This document shows positions 50,791 through 60,663 of a DNA stretch of 64,000 nt, piece after piece. Origin of the DNA: Chitinophagaceae bacterium (GTDB taxonomy: Bacteria > Bacteroidota > Bacteroidia > Chitinophagales > Chitinophagaceae). The translations under genes were made by a program, and so were the position numbers. The stretch spans positions 4,357 through 68,356 of the forward strand of contig CANHCY010000007.1 in the NCBI GenBank assembly GCA_947459295.1, written 5' to 3'. Position 1 is the stretch's first letter. Every line of letters begins with the position of its first letter. The notes beneath the pieces were generated by a model. It was given only the letters and a program-made list of their open reading frames with translations, was not told the origin of the DNA and searched no databases.

Positions 50791-51597
50791 TTATCTTTTA
50801 CCTTCAAAAAATCCTTGAGATTTTAATATTTTGTTAAGCACCGTCATACTCGTAGTTTTTATGTCTGTATTTGCGGCACCTTCAGTTTGTAAAACAAAAA
50901 AGTAAGGGTGTTTGTTTTCTTCAATCCAACCAACAATCCATACCACTGCTTTGCCATTTTGCTTATAACTTAAGCCACTCTTATAACTTAATTTATATTT
51001 TGTGTTAGCTGTTTGAAGCATTAACATCTTAACCATTTCTTGGCTTCGCTTTTGAAAAGGCAATTGACCAAAATATAATTTTTTTACAAGCCCCATCTGT
51101 TCGTCGGGGGTAATCACAACCTTATTATTATACCAAAAAGAGTCTACAGCGGAACCCATATTTTTAGTTCCATATTGCAAGCTATCTAGCCAGTGTTGCA
51201 TGGTATCTTTCCCAATCCTTCTAGCCACTTCCATAAAGTAAGGGGTTGAAGTTTGTTTAAAGGCACTATCCATTCGAATAGGACCAGTGCTATCTATAGA
51301 AAGCACCATTTTTTCATCGACAATTCTGCCGGTTTCAATACCTACTAATGCGTTCACAATTTCAAAAGTAGATGCAGGCGCATAACTAGAATCTTTAAAC
51401 TGCGCTAGATTATAAATATAAAACTCGCCAGACCCATTATCAAAAAGTCCAAAAGAACCTGTTGTTTGCGTCTCATCAAAATATTTTTTATAATCATCTT
51501 GAATGGTAACATTATTGGGAGAGCAAGCTTGTAAGGCTAATAACATTACAACCAAAAAAACGGAGCAAACACCAACATTATTCTTATATAAATTCAT
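50791..51597 (-). CDS. Class D beta-lactamase-like lipoprotein with a degenerate active site
   Basis: Lipobox LQAC; PASTFEI (canonical PASTFKI), EVARRIG, YG, DSFW, ITPDEQ, YKSG, W.VGW.E. Confidence 0.82.
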   Translation of the reverse strand: MNLYKNNVGVCSVFLVVMLLALQACSPNNVTIQDDYKKYFDETQTTGSFGLFDNGSGEFYIYNLAQFKDSSYAPASTFEIVNALVGIETGRIVDEKMVLSIDSTGPIRMDSAFKQTSTPYFMEVARRIGKDTMQHWLDSLQYGTKNMGSAVDSFWYNNKVVITPDEQMGLVKKLYFGQLPFQKRSQEMVKMLMLQTANTKYKLSYKSGLSYKQNGKAVVWIVGWIEENKHPYFFVLQTEGAANTDIKTTSMTVLNKILKSQGFFEGKR

Positions 51598-51619
51598 GCA
51601 TCTATTTTATTAAAGAAAA

Positions 51620-52360
51620 TTAATCTTTTTCGATACTAATTAATTCTACATCAAATACAAGTAGTGAGCCTGGTCCAATCGAAGGACTTGGAGAACTGTC
51701 TCCGTAAGCTAAATCTGAAGGCACATATAATTTCCATTTGCTACCTACAGTCATTAACTGCAGCGCTTCTTGCCATCCTTTAATTACACCATTTACAGGA
51801 AACACAACAGGTTCGCCACGATCCATCGAACTATCAAAAATACTACCATCTAATAATGTACCGTGGTAATGACATTTTACTTTATCTGTTAGCGCAGGCT
51901 TGGTTGTATCGGTTCCCGCTTTTACAACTACATATTGTAGTCCAGAAGGGAGGGTAACAACGCCAGGCTTTTTGGCATTAGCAGCTAAGAAATCAATACC
52001 CGCTTTTTTAGCACCCGCAGACTTTTTTTCGTTTGCCTTTTGTACAAATTCACCAATACATTTATCCAACACTGCTTCTGGAAGTGCAGATGCTTTGCCA
52101 CTAAACACATCACCAATAGCACGGTATAAATTAGGTAAGTTAATCGCATCAAAACCTTGCGCTTTTAAATTTTGTCCAATACGAACACCAAGCGCATAAC
52201 CAGCACTATCGGCACTATTTTTAAAAACCCCCATTGGTTTAACTGCAATTGTAGGCTTTACTGCTGTTTTTGGCGCAACTTTTGGCGCAGTTACTGCTTT
52301 TTTAACCTGTGCATTGGCACCAAAAGAAGCGAGTAATAAACAAATAAAAAGACGTTTCAT
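51620..52360 (-). CDS. FKBP-type peptidyl-prolyl isomerase (FkpA/Mip-like)
   Basis: DSAGYALG dimerisation domain, LPSGLQY, HYHGTL..G..FDSS, VIKGWQEAL, LAYG; -7 box TACATTTG at 52379-52386 supports the ATG at 52360. Confidence 0.93.
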   Translation of the reverse strand: MKRLFICLLLASFGANAQVKKAVTAPKVAPKTAVKPTIAVKPMGVFKNSADSAGYALGVRIGQNLKAQGFDAINLPNLYRAIGDVFSGKASALPEAVLDKCIGEFVQKANEKKSAGAKKAGIDFLAANAKKPGVVTLPSGLQYVVVKAGTDTTKPALTDKVKCHYHGTLLDGSIFDSSMDRGEPVVFPVNGVIKGWQEALQLMTVGSKWKLYVPSDLAYGDSSPSPSIGPGSLLVFDVELISIEKD

Positions 52361-52395
52361 GTATTGTTTTTTAAGTATCAAATGTATATAAATAA

Positions 52396-53730
52396 TTAGT
52401 CATTTAAAAGAGCAGTAACTGCATTACTTGCGACAGCAAAATTAAAGCCAGTAAGCACTTCTTGCATCATTTTTTCAATTTTATCATTACACAAATTACC
52501 CATACTTCCCTCATGGGTATGGTTTAAGCTGGTACTGTACTGAAAATTCCCATTTTCGATAGCCATACCCACTTGTTTATAGGCATCCCTAAAAGGAACC
52601 CCTTTAACAACCAGCTTATTCACTTCTTCCACGCTAAAAGCATATTTATACTTTTCGTCAAGTAGTATAGTCTCCTTTACCTGAATAGACTCAAACATAA
52701 GCTGCGCCATAGCGAGGCAATCATGTAAAGTTTTAAAAGCAGGAAACAAATGCTCTTTGAGTAATTGTAAGTCGCGGTGATAGCCAGAAGGTAAATTAGT
52801 GGTCATAAGCATCACTTCGTTGGGTAATGCTTTTATACGGTTGCAATGTGAACGAATCAGTTCAAAAACATCCGGATTTTTTTTGTGCGGCATAATACTT
52901 GAACCAGTTGTAAGCTCTGCGGGAAATGCAATAAAATCAAAATTTTGGTTTAAATAAAGGCAGGCATCCATACTCATTTTTGCAAGCGTATCTGCAATAT
53001 TTGCAAGTGCCATAGCAGTAATACGCTCTGCTTTACCTCTTCCCATTTGAGCATATACCACATTATAATTTAAATTTTCAAAACCAAGTAAAACCGTAGT
53101 TACACTTCTGCTAATGGGAAAAGAAGATCCATAACCAGCCGCAGAACCAAGTGGGTTTTTGTTCACTACTTTATACGCACTTTGTAATGTAATTAAATCG
53201 TCTACTAAACTTTCGGCATAAGCGCCAAACCAGAGTCCAAATGAAGATGGCATAGCGAGTTGCAAATGCGTGTAGCCTGGTAGCAAGTGGTTTTTATATT
53301 TTTCACTTTGTGCTTGCAGCAATGTAAATAATGATTGTACACTTCCAACAAGCTCCATAATTTCATGACGTAGGTATAATTTTAAATCCACTAAGACTTG
53401 ATCATTTCTACTTCTAGCGCTATGAATTTTTTTGCCGGCATCGCCAAGCTGCTCTGTTAATAAGAGTTCTACATAAGAATGAATATCTTCTACACCCGCT
53501 GGTAATACAAAGCCTGGCGCTATTACCTGCTTGTAAATATTTTTTAATGCGGCGTCAATCAACTGCGCTTCTGATGATTCTAATAAACCAACCTGAGCAA
53601 GCATACGCACATGTGCTAGTGAGCCAAGCACATCAAAGGGCGCGAGCATAGCATCAAATGCCGGATCGTTTCCAACCGTAAAATTTTCTACTGCTGCTGC
53701 TACGTTTGTATTTTTTTGCCAAAGTTTCAT
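52396..53730 (-). CDS. argH: Argininosuccinate lyase
   Basis: EDIHS, HSARSRNDQV, PGYTHLQ, TGSSIMPHKKNPD. Confidence 0.96.
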   Translation of the reverse strand: MKLWQKNTNVAAAVENFTVGNDPAFDAMLAPFDVLGSLAHVRMLAQVGLLESSEAQLIDAALKNIYKQVIAPGFVLPAGVEDIHSYVELLLTEQLGDAGKKIHSARSRNDQVLVDLKLYLRHEIMELVGSVQSLFTLLQAQSEKYKNHLLPGYTHLQLAMPSSFGLWFGAYAESLVDDLITLQSAYKVVNKNPLGSAAGYGSSFPISRSVTTVLLGFENLNYNVVYAQMGRGKAERITAMALANIADTLAKMSMDACLYLNQNFDFIAFPAELTTGSSIMPHKKNPDVFELIRSHCNRIKALPNEVMLMTTNLPSGYHRDLQLLKEHLFPAFKTLHDCLAMAQLMFESIQVKETILLDEKYKYAFSVEEVNKLVVKGVPFRDAYKQVGMAIENGNFQYSTSLNHTHEGSMGNLCNDKIEKMMQEVLTGFNFAVASNAVTALLND

Positions 53731-53753
53731 CGTTCCTATTTTTTATGCAGTTA

Positions 53754-54842
53754 TTATTTATGAAGTAACACCTGATCTAACAATTCAATATATTTTTGTA
53801 TGCCCGTTTCTATTTCTTCAATAAACACAAATTCATCTGCGCTATGACTTCTTGCAGATTCACCAGGACCCATTTTTAATGCAGGAAATGAAACAAGTGC
53901 TTTATCAGAAGATGTTGGTGATCCGTAGGGCTTACTGCCAATAGCCATACCTGCTTTTACCAGCGGATGATCTAGTGCAATCGCAGAAGATTTTAATCGC
54001 GTGCTTCTTGGCGTTACAGTTACCGCTGCATTATTTATTTGTACTTGAAGCTCCTCTAAAATTTGCTCAAATGTATAACACTCATTCACACGCACATCTA
54101 CCACCAATGTACAACCCGGAGGCACAATATTATGCGCCTTATTGGTGGTTTCTATAACAGTTACAGTTTGCTTTACCGGACCTAATAAATCAGAAGATTT
54201 TGGAAAAATATAATTTTTAAATACATCAATGACAGGGAGCGCTTGATATATTGCATTTTGCCCTTCACCTCTAGCGGCGTGCCCTGCAACACCTGGCACC
54301 ATTACATCTAACACCATCAAGCCGCGCTCTGCTACTGCTAATTGCATACGGGTAGGTTCACCAATAATGGCACAATCAATCGTTGGTAAATGCGGTACCA
54401 AACTTTCGATACCATTTTTTCCAGAAATTTCTTCTTCTGCAGTACCTGCATATATGATGTTGTATGCAAGATTTGACGCGTTATAATAATGTAAGAAAAC
54501 ATGCAGTAATGAAACAAGTGATGCACCCGCGTCATTACTTCCTAGGCCATATAATTGACCATCTTTAATGATAGGATTATATGGGTCTAGCGTATAGCCT
54601 GCATTAGGCTTTACGGTATCGTGATGAGAATTTAAAAGTATTGTTGGTTTAGCCGGATCAAAATTTTTATTAGCGGCCCAAACATTGTTGAGGTGTCTAT
54701 TAGGTATCACCCCATTTTGCCCTAAATAATCAAATAATATTAACGCAGTAGCGTCCTCCTCTTTACTAAAGGAAGGCGTTGCAATCAGCTTTTGTAGTAA
54801 AGCAATTGCAGCAGCTGCATAGGTATGTTTATTTACTTCCAA
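53754..54842 (-). CDS. argE: M20 family acyl-citrulline/ornithine deacylase (ArgE)
   Basis: LLNSHHDTV, GLGSND, EEISG, GEPT, RSHSADE; inside the arg operon. Confidence 0.85.
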   Translation of the reverse strand: MEVNKHTYAAAAIALLQKLIATPSFSKEEDATALILFDYLGQNGVIPNRHLNNVWAANKNFDPAKPTILLNSHHDTVKPNAGYTLDPYNPIIKDGQLYGLGSNDAGASLVSLLHVFLHYYNASNLAYNIIYAGTAEEEISGKNGIESLVPHLPTIDCAIIGEPTRMQLAVAERGLMVLDVMVPGVAGHAARGEGQNAIYQALPVIDVFKNYIFPKSSDLLGPVKQTVTVIETTNKAHNIVPPGCTLVVDVRVNECYTFEQILEELQVQINNAAVTVTPRSTRLKSSAIALDHPLVKAGMAIGSKPYGSPTSSDKALVSFPALKMGPGESARSHSADEFVFIEEIETGIQKYIELLDQVLLHK

Positions 54843-54848
54843 GTGCTA

Positions 54849-55634
54849 TTAATTTTTTTGAATGGTTGTGCCAGCTTTTCCAGCAATGAGCTTTTTAATA
54901 TCCAAAGCGTCTCCAATGATAACCCTACTTACGCCTTTTTGCAACGCTTCAAAAGCATTATCTAGTTTTGGAATCATTCCTTCATTTACCTGACCACTCG
55001 CTTTTAAAGTTGCATAATTTTCTGGATTAATTACTGGGATAACACTATCGTTATTATAAATGTCAGATAGCACCCCCTTTTTTTCAAAAGAGTATACCAA
55101 AGACACTTCGTATACAGCGCTAATAGCTGTTGCAATGGCCTGTGTCATCGTATCTGCATTGGTATTTAGCAATTGTCCAGCACCATCGTGTGTAATGGGC
55201 GCTACTACAAGCGATAAACCTGCTTCTAATAAATGAATAATTTTTTCTGTGTCTACGGCGTCGATATCACCAACAAAACCATAATCAATATTTGCATGCA
55301 TTCTTTTATGCGCTCTTATAACATTAGCATCTGCTCCACAAATACCAAGTGCATTTATATTTTTTGATTGAAGCGCTGCTACAATATTTTTATTGATGTA
55401 TCCAGCATATACCATCGTTACAATTTTAAGCGTAGCAGCATCAGTGATTCTTCTGCCATCTACTATTTGCTGTGGTATATTTAAATCAGCGGCCATTTTA
55501 GTGGCCAATTTGCCACCGCCATGAATTAAAATCTTTTTTCCTTCTACTGCCGCATACGCGCTTAAAAAGGAAGCAAGATTTACTTCGTTGTCAATGATAT
55601 TACCGCCAATTTTTATAATGGATATTTTTTCCAC
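54849..55634 (-). CDS. argB: Acyl-glutamate kinase
   Basis: IIKIGG, IHGGG, GRRITD, DYGFVG, NTNAD, GMIPKL; start moved to GTG 55634 just after the argF stop. Confidence 0.93.
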   Translation of the reverse strand: MEKISIIKIGGNIIDNEVNLASFLSAYAAVEGKKILIHGGGKLATKMAADLNIPQQIVDGRRITDAATLKIVTMVYAGYINKNIVAALQSKNINALGICGADANVIRAHKRMHANIDYGFVGDIDAVDTEKIIHLLEAGLSLVVAPITHDGAGQLLNTNADTMTQAIATAISAVYEVSLVYSFEKKGVLSDIYNNDSVIPVINPENYATLKASGQVNEGMIPKLDNAFEALQKGVSRVIIGDALDIKKLIAGKAGTTIQKN

Positions 55635-55636
55635 GC

Positions 55637-56602
55637 TTACTGGTTTGAAGTTAATAAGGTGGACAATACGGCTTGTGCAGCCCAAACCCTGTTTCCAGCC
55701 TGTTTTGTAACTAAACTAGAAGGGCTATCTAATATTTCATCAGAGAGCTCTACATTTCTTCTTACAGGTAAACAGTGCATCACTTTTGCATTATTGGAAT
55801 GCTTGAGTGAATTTGCCGTTAACATCCACGCAGGATCGGTACAAAAAACCTTACCATAGTCTTCATAAGAACTCCAGTTTTTCACATACACAAAATCGGC
55901 ATCTTTAAGGGCAGCAGCTTGATCATGTGTAATAGTGGCTCCTTTGGTATATTTTTCTGAAAGTTCGTAACCCGCAGGATGCGTTACAACAACATCCGCA
56001 AAATTAGCAGCCGTTACCCACTGTGCAAAGCTATTGGCCACACATTGTGGTAATGCTTTTACATGCGGCGCCCAGGTTAATACAACTTTTGGTTTTTTAA
56101 CAAGGCCAGTTGCTGCAATAGATTCCTGTATGGTCATTAAATCCGTTAAAGATTGAAGTGGATGGAGCGTTGCGCTTTCGAGGCTTACAACAGGCACACC
56201 CGCGTATTTAATAAACTGATTGATAATTTTTTCGGCGTAATCTTCGTCTCTATTGAGTAAGTCCGGAAAAGTGCGGATACATAAAATGTCAAAGTACTGT
56301 CCTAAAATAGGCGCTGCATCTTTTACGTGCTCGACAGTAATCCCGTTCATAATAGCACCTTCTGCAAATTCTAAAGCCCAACCTTCTTTGTCTACATTAA
56401 AAACAATGGCATCCATGCCTAAGTTTTGTGCCGCCACTTGTGTACTAAGTCTGGTGCGTAAACTAGGATTTAAAAAAAGTAAACCCACGCGCTTATTGGC
56501 GCCAAGGGCTTTATCCATTAATGGATGCTGTTTGTATGCCAACCCTTTATTGATGAGTGCTTGTATGTCTGTAACGTCACTTACTTCGATAAATTTTTTC
56601 AT
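55637..56602 (-). CDS. argF: N-acyl-ornithine carbamoyltransferase (ArgF'), predicted N-succinylornithine type
   Basis: PSLRTR, ESATLHPLQ, LTWAPH..ALP, KNWS, HCLPVRR (AOTC/SOTC signature); Val at position 90. Confidence 0.9.
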   Translation of the reverse strand: MKKFIEVSDVTDIQALINKGLAYKQHPLMDKALGANKRVGLLFLNPSLRTRLSTQVAAQNLGMDAIVFNVDKEGWALEFAEGAIMNGITVEHVKDAAPILGQYFDILCIRTFPDLLNRDEDYAEKIINQFIKYAGVPVVSLESATLHPLQSLTDLMTIQESIAATGLVKKPKVVLTWAPHVKALPQCVANSFAQWVTAANFADVVVTHPAGYELSEKYTKGATITHDQAAALKDADFVYVKNWSSYEDYGKVFCTDPAWMLTANSLKHSNNAKVMHCLPVRRNVELSDEILDSPSSLVTKQAGNRVWAAQAVLSTLLTSNQ

Positions 56603-57738
56603 AACAAAGATTGAATGGCTTTTTGAAGTCTATCTAAGAATATATCAATTTCCTCTTTTGTAATAGCCAATGAAGGAAGTAGTCTGATTACGTTTGGTTT
56701 TGCTTCTCCGGTAAATACTTTAAACTCCTGGAGCAATACTTTTTTTAAATCTTTGATTTCATCCGCCACATCAAAACCAATCATGAGGCCCCTGCCTCTT
56801 ACATTTTGTAGTTGTGGAATTTTTGAAAGCGCATCCATTAAATAAGTGCCATGACTAGCAGCACTCGCTAATAAATTTTCTTGTTCCATCACTTCCACTA
56901 CAGCTAGTGCAGCAGCGCATGCTAAATGATTGCCACCAAAAGTGGTACCCAACATGCCGTATTTAGGTGCAATATGTGGGGCAATTAAAATGCCACCAAT
57001 TGGAAATCCATTGCCCATTCCTTTTGCCATCGAATAAATATCGGCATCTACGCCTGCAGCATCATGCGCAAAAAACTGTCCTGTTCTTCCATAACCACAC
57101 TGCACACTATCAGCGATATATAAAGCGCCATGCTTGTCACACAAAGACCTAATGCTTTGTAAAAAAGAATTAGTCGCTACGCGAATGCCGCCAACACCTT
57201 GTATGCCTTCAATAATAACAGCGGCAATCGCATCGCCCTCTTTTTCAAATTGATCTATTAATGACTGCTCATCATTAAAAGGCAAGAAAATAATATTGTC
57301 TGTTTCATTTACTGGTGCAATAATAGACGGGTTGTCTGTTGCAGCAACGGCAAGAGAAGTTCTTCCATGAAAAGATTTTGTAAATGCGATAATTTTTTTG
57401 CGGCCCGTTACAAAAGATGCGAGCTTTAAAGCGTTCTCATTGGCTTCTGCACCGCTATTGCATAAAAAAAGTTGAAAGTCCTGTTTACCGCTTACTACTC
57501 CTATTTTCTCTGCTAACCTAGATTGAATGGGGATGATAACAGAGTTTGAATAAAAAGCAATTTTATGTAATTGCGTTTCAATGGCTGATACCCAGTATGG
57601 ATGCGTATGTCCAATACTAATAACAGCGTGTCCACCATACATATCTAGGTACTCATTTCCCTTTTCGTCCCACACATACGAACCCGCCGCTTTTGTAATG
57701 GTGATATTATTTAGTGGATATACGTCAAATAGTTTCAT
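56599..57738 (-). CDS. argD: Acyl-ornithine aminotransferase
   Basis: MKLFDVYPL, YGGHAV, NSGAEANE, FHGRT, DSVQCG.GRTG, MAKGMGNG, GTTFGGN. Confidence 0.92.
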   Translation of the reverse strand: MKLFDVYPLNNITITKAAGSYVWDEKGNEYLDMYGGHAVISIGHTHPYWVSAIETQLHKIAFYSNSVIIPIQSRLAEKIGVVSGKQDFQLFLCNSGAEANENALKLASFVTGRKKIIAFTKSFHGRTSLAVAATDNPSIIAPVNETDNIIFLPFNDEQSLIDQFEKEGDAIAAVIIEGIQGVGGIRVATNSFLQSIRSLCDKHGALYIADSVQCGYGRTGQFFAHDAAGVDADIYSMAKGMGNGFPIGGILIAPHIAPKYGMLGTTFGGNHLACAAALAVVEVMEQENLLASAASHGTYLMDALSKIPQLQNVRGRGLMIGFDVADEIKDLKKVLLQEFKVFTGEAKPNVIRLLPSLAITKEEIDIFLDRLQKAIQSLL

Positions 57739-57740
57739 GC

Positions 57741-58742
57741 CTAAAAAAAGTTTGCTTTAAATAAAAGACCCGTTGTTTCACCAAGTCCAAAAAGTAAATT
57801 CATATTTTGAACTGCCTGTCCACTAGCTCCTTTTATTAAATTATCGATAGCGCTGTGCACCACGAGTTTATTTCCCCTCTTTTCAATTTGCAATACACAT
57901 TTGTTGGTATTCACTACCTGCTTTAAATGAATAGCAGCATCTGATACCACCACAAATGGATGCGCCGCATAATAGCCCGTATACATTTCCTGAACGGCCT
58001 CAATTGGTAAACTGCAATCGATCACTGAACTGGTATAAATACCTCTTGTAAAATCACCTCTCCAAGGCACAAAATGTAGGCCAGATCCTTCGCCGCTTGA
58101 ACTAAGTGGCGCGTCTGATTGCAAGTGATTGATGGATTGTATAATTTCAAAAACGTGCTGGTGATCGAGTGTTTTATAAGACTGAATATTATTAGCGCGC
58201 CAACTAAAATGAGAAGTAGCACTTAATGACTGTCCTGCACCCGTAGATCCTGTAATACCTGTTGTATAAATATCTTGCAATAGACCTGCTTTTGCAAGCG
58301 GTAATAAAGCTAATTGAATAGCTGTTGCAAAACAGCCTGGATTGGCAATATTTTTTGCTGTAGTTATTTTTTCACGATTCAGTTCTGGTAAACCGTATAC
58401 AAAAGTTCTATCTCCAATGGTTGCATTTGGCGTAAGTCTAAAATCTTGCGACAAATCAATGATGGAAACAGATGCGCTTACCCTTTGTTCTGCTAGTAAT
58501 TTTTTTGCTTCGCCATGACCCACGCATAAAAACAACACCTCGATAGCATGAGAAAAAGAACTTGTAAACACTAAATCTGTATCGCCTACTAAATCTGTAT
58601 GGACAGCAGATACAGGTTTGCCCGTATTACTGCTGCTATGAATAAATGCGATGTTTACCGATGGGTGGTGAATTAATATTCTAATAAGCTCACCACCCGT
58701 ATATCCAGCACCACCTGCTATACCAACATTTATTTTTTTCAT
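57741..58742 (-). CDS. argC: N-acyl-gamma-glutamyl-phosphate reductase
   Basis: GGAGYTGGEL, IDLSQDFR, YGLPE, IANPGCF, GSTGAG, IDNL.KGASGQAVQNMN. Confidence 0.95.
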   Translation of the reverse strand: MKKINVGIAGGAGYTGGELIRILIHHPSVNIAFIHSSSNTGKPVSAVHTDLVGDTDLVFTSSFSHAIEVLFLCVGHGEAKKLLAEQRVSASVSIIDLSQDFRLTPNATIGDRTFVYGLPELNREKITTAKNIANPGCFATAIQLALLPLAKAGLLQDIYTTGITGSTGAGQSLSATSHFSWRANNIQSYKTLDHQHVFEIIQSINHLQSDAPLSSSGEGSGLHFVPWRGDFTRGIYTSSVIDCSLPIEAVQEMYTGYYAAHPFVVVSDAAIHLKQVVNTNKCVLQIEKRGNKLVVHSAIDNLIKGASGQAVQNMNLLFGLGETTGLLFKANFF

Positions 58743-59962
58743 GATTGGCTATTTTTAATACTGTGGTAAATAGATGTTTGATTGCCAAATATTTTAGAGA
58801 ATCCACGCACGTCTTCACCAGACCAACCACTATTCATTTCACCATATTTACCAAACTTGCTACTCATTAAATCAAATGCGGATTCAATACCAGTAATAGT
58901 AAAACGGTAAGGATGCAATTGTACAAACACGGTACCCGTTACATTTTCTTGGGTATTTTCTAAAAATGATTCGATGTCGCGCATGACAGGATCCATAATT
59001 TGACCTTCATGCAACCAGTTGCCATAAAACTGTGCCAATTGATCTTTCCAATTTAACTGCCACTTTGTTAATACGTGTTTTTCAAGTGCATGGTGCGCTT
59101 TTAAAATAACCATGGGTGCTGCTGCTTCAAAACCAACACGTCCTTTGATACCGATAATGGTATCTCCAACGTGTATGTCTCTACCAATGCCGTATGCACC
59201 TGCAATGGTTTGTAAATATTGAATGGCTTTTGTTGGATGATCAAAGCGTTTATCGTTAATCATAGTTAAAGCCCCTTGTTCAAAATGCAAACTCACTTCT
59301 TCGGAACCAGATGCAGTTACCTGTGTTGGCCATGCAGATTCTGGCAACATGCCTTTAGACGTTAAAGTTTCTTTACCACCAACGCTAGTTCCCCAAAGCC
59401 CTTTATTAATCGAATAGGCTGCTTTTTCAAAATTCATAGCAACACCCTTAGACTTTAAATACGCAATTTCATCTTCTCTACTTAGTTGCATATCTCTAAT
59501 TGGGGTAATAATGGTAACACCGGGTATCATGATATGAAAAACCATATCAAACCTAACCTGATCATTACCAGCACCAGTACTTCCATGCACCACGGCAGTA
59601 GCATTCATCTTTTTAGCATGCTCCGCAATATTAAGTGCTTGACTTAAGCGCTCAGCACTTACACTGAGTGGGTAGGTGTTGTTTTTAAGCACATTGCCAT
59701 AAATCAAATACTTGATAATGCTATCGTAGTAGGACGTTACAGCATCAATTGTGGTATGTGTTTTTACGCCCAAATTGTAAGCGTGGGCTTCGATATTTTT
59801 TAATTCTTCCTCCGAAAAACCGCCGGTGTTTACAATCACACTATGCACTTCATACCCTTTTTCGTCTGTTAAATATTTAACGCAATAAGAAGTATCTAAA
59901 CCGCCGCTAAATCCGAGTACCACTTTGTCACCTGCCTTTACTTGATGTAGTTCACTTGCCAT
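58739..59962 (-). CDS. argG: Argininosuccinate synthase
   Basis: FSGGLDTS, YPLSVSAER, HGSTGAGNDQVRF, GIKGRVGFEA. Confidence 0.95.
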   Translation of the reverse strand: MASELHQVKAGDKVVLGFSGGLDTSYCVKYLTDEKGYEVHSVIVNTGGFSEEELKNIEAHAYNLGVKTHTTIDAVTSYYDSIIKYLIYGNVLKNNTYPLSVSAERLSQALNIAEHAKKMNATAVVHGSTGAGNDQVRFDMVFHIMIPGVTIITPIRDMQLSREDEIAYLKSKGVAMNFEKAAYSINKGLWGTSVGGKETLTSKGMLPESAWPTQVTASGSEEVSLHFEQGALTMINDKRFDHPTKAIQYLQTIAGAYGIGRDIHVGDTIIGIKGRVGFEAAAPMVILKAHHALEKHVLTKWQLNWKDQLAQFYGNWLHEGQIMDPVMRDIESFLENTQENVTGTVFVQLHPYRFTITGIESAFDLMSSKFGKYGEMNSGWSGEDVRGFSKIFGNQTSIYHSIKNSQS

Positions 59963-59966
59963 TGTA

Positions 59967-60632
59967 TTATTTTTTTTCTTTTTTTCTAAACCACTGTAAC
60001 AAATTATTTTGTTTAAACTTCATAAAGCGCTCATAGAGTTTAGAATTACTTTTAAATTCTTCGGATGTCTCTTGCGTGGTGTAATGATCTGCAGGGTCAT
60101 ACAACATAGCCGTACACATACAATTTTTACGATCTTTACTTTGTAAAATTTCATAGTTCACACAGCTTTTACAACCTGCCCAAAACTCTTCATCATCTGT
60201 TAATTCACTATAGGTAACAGGCTCGTAACCCAGATCACTATTGATTTTCATCACCGCAAGGCCTGTTGTCAATCCAAATATTTTTGCTGTTGGATAGCGC
60301 TCTCTTGATAATTGAAAAATCGTTTGCTTAATTAATTTAGCAACGCCACTTTTTCTGTGCGCAGGTGCTACAATGAGACCACTATTGGCCACAAATGTTT
60401 CATGACCCCACACTTCGATATAGCAAAAACCTACCCAAGTACCATCCTGTTCGATAGCGATTACCGCCTTGCCTTCTACCATTTTTTTTGCAACGTATTC
60501 AGGCGTTCTTTTGGCAATACCAGTACCCCTGGCTTTTGCAGAAGATTGCATTTCGTCTGTAATGGTATGAGCATATGTAACGTCGCTAGCATTTGCTACG
60601 CGAACAATTATTTTTTGTTCCAACGCCTTCAA
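59967..60632 (-). CDS. GNAT N-acyltransferase, Bacteroidota-type ArgA (N-succinyl/acetyl-glutamate synthase)
   Basis: SAKARGTGIAKR, VANSGLIV, FGLTT..AVMKINS.LGY.PV, FW.GC..C.NY..L...C.CT; first gene of the arg operon; TTG start at 60632 or 60623. Confidence 0.75.
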   Translation of the reverse strand: MKALEQKIIVRVANASDVTYAHTITDEMQSSAKARGTGIAKRTPEYVAKKMVEGKAVIAIEQDGTWVGFCYIEVWGHETFVANSGLIVAPAHRKSGVAKLIKQTIFQLSRERYPTAKIFGLTTGLAVMKINSDLGYEPVTYSELTDDEEFWAGCKSCVNYEILQSKDRKNCMCTAMLYDPADHYTTQETSEEFKSNSKLYERFMKFKQNNLLQWFRKKEKK

Positions 60633-60663
60633 TTAAAATTGTAGAAAAAGTAAATGAAAATTA

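Noticed and set aside
55635-55685. N-terminal extension of argB overlapping argF by about 50 bp
   Set aside because: A GTG at 55634 right after the argF stop gives a normal ArgB N-terminus. Similar over-long starts were trimmed for POT, purD, gatB, dsbA, GH3, ispG and FKBP.
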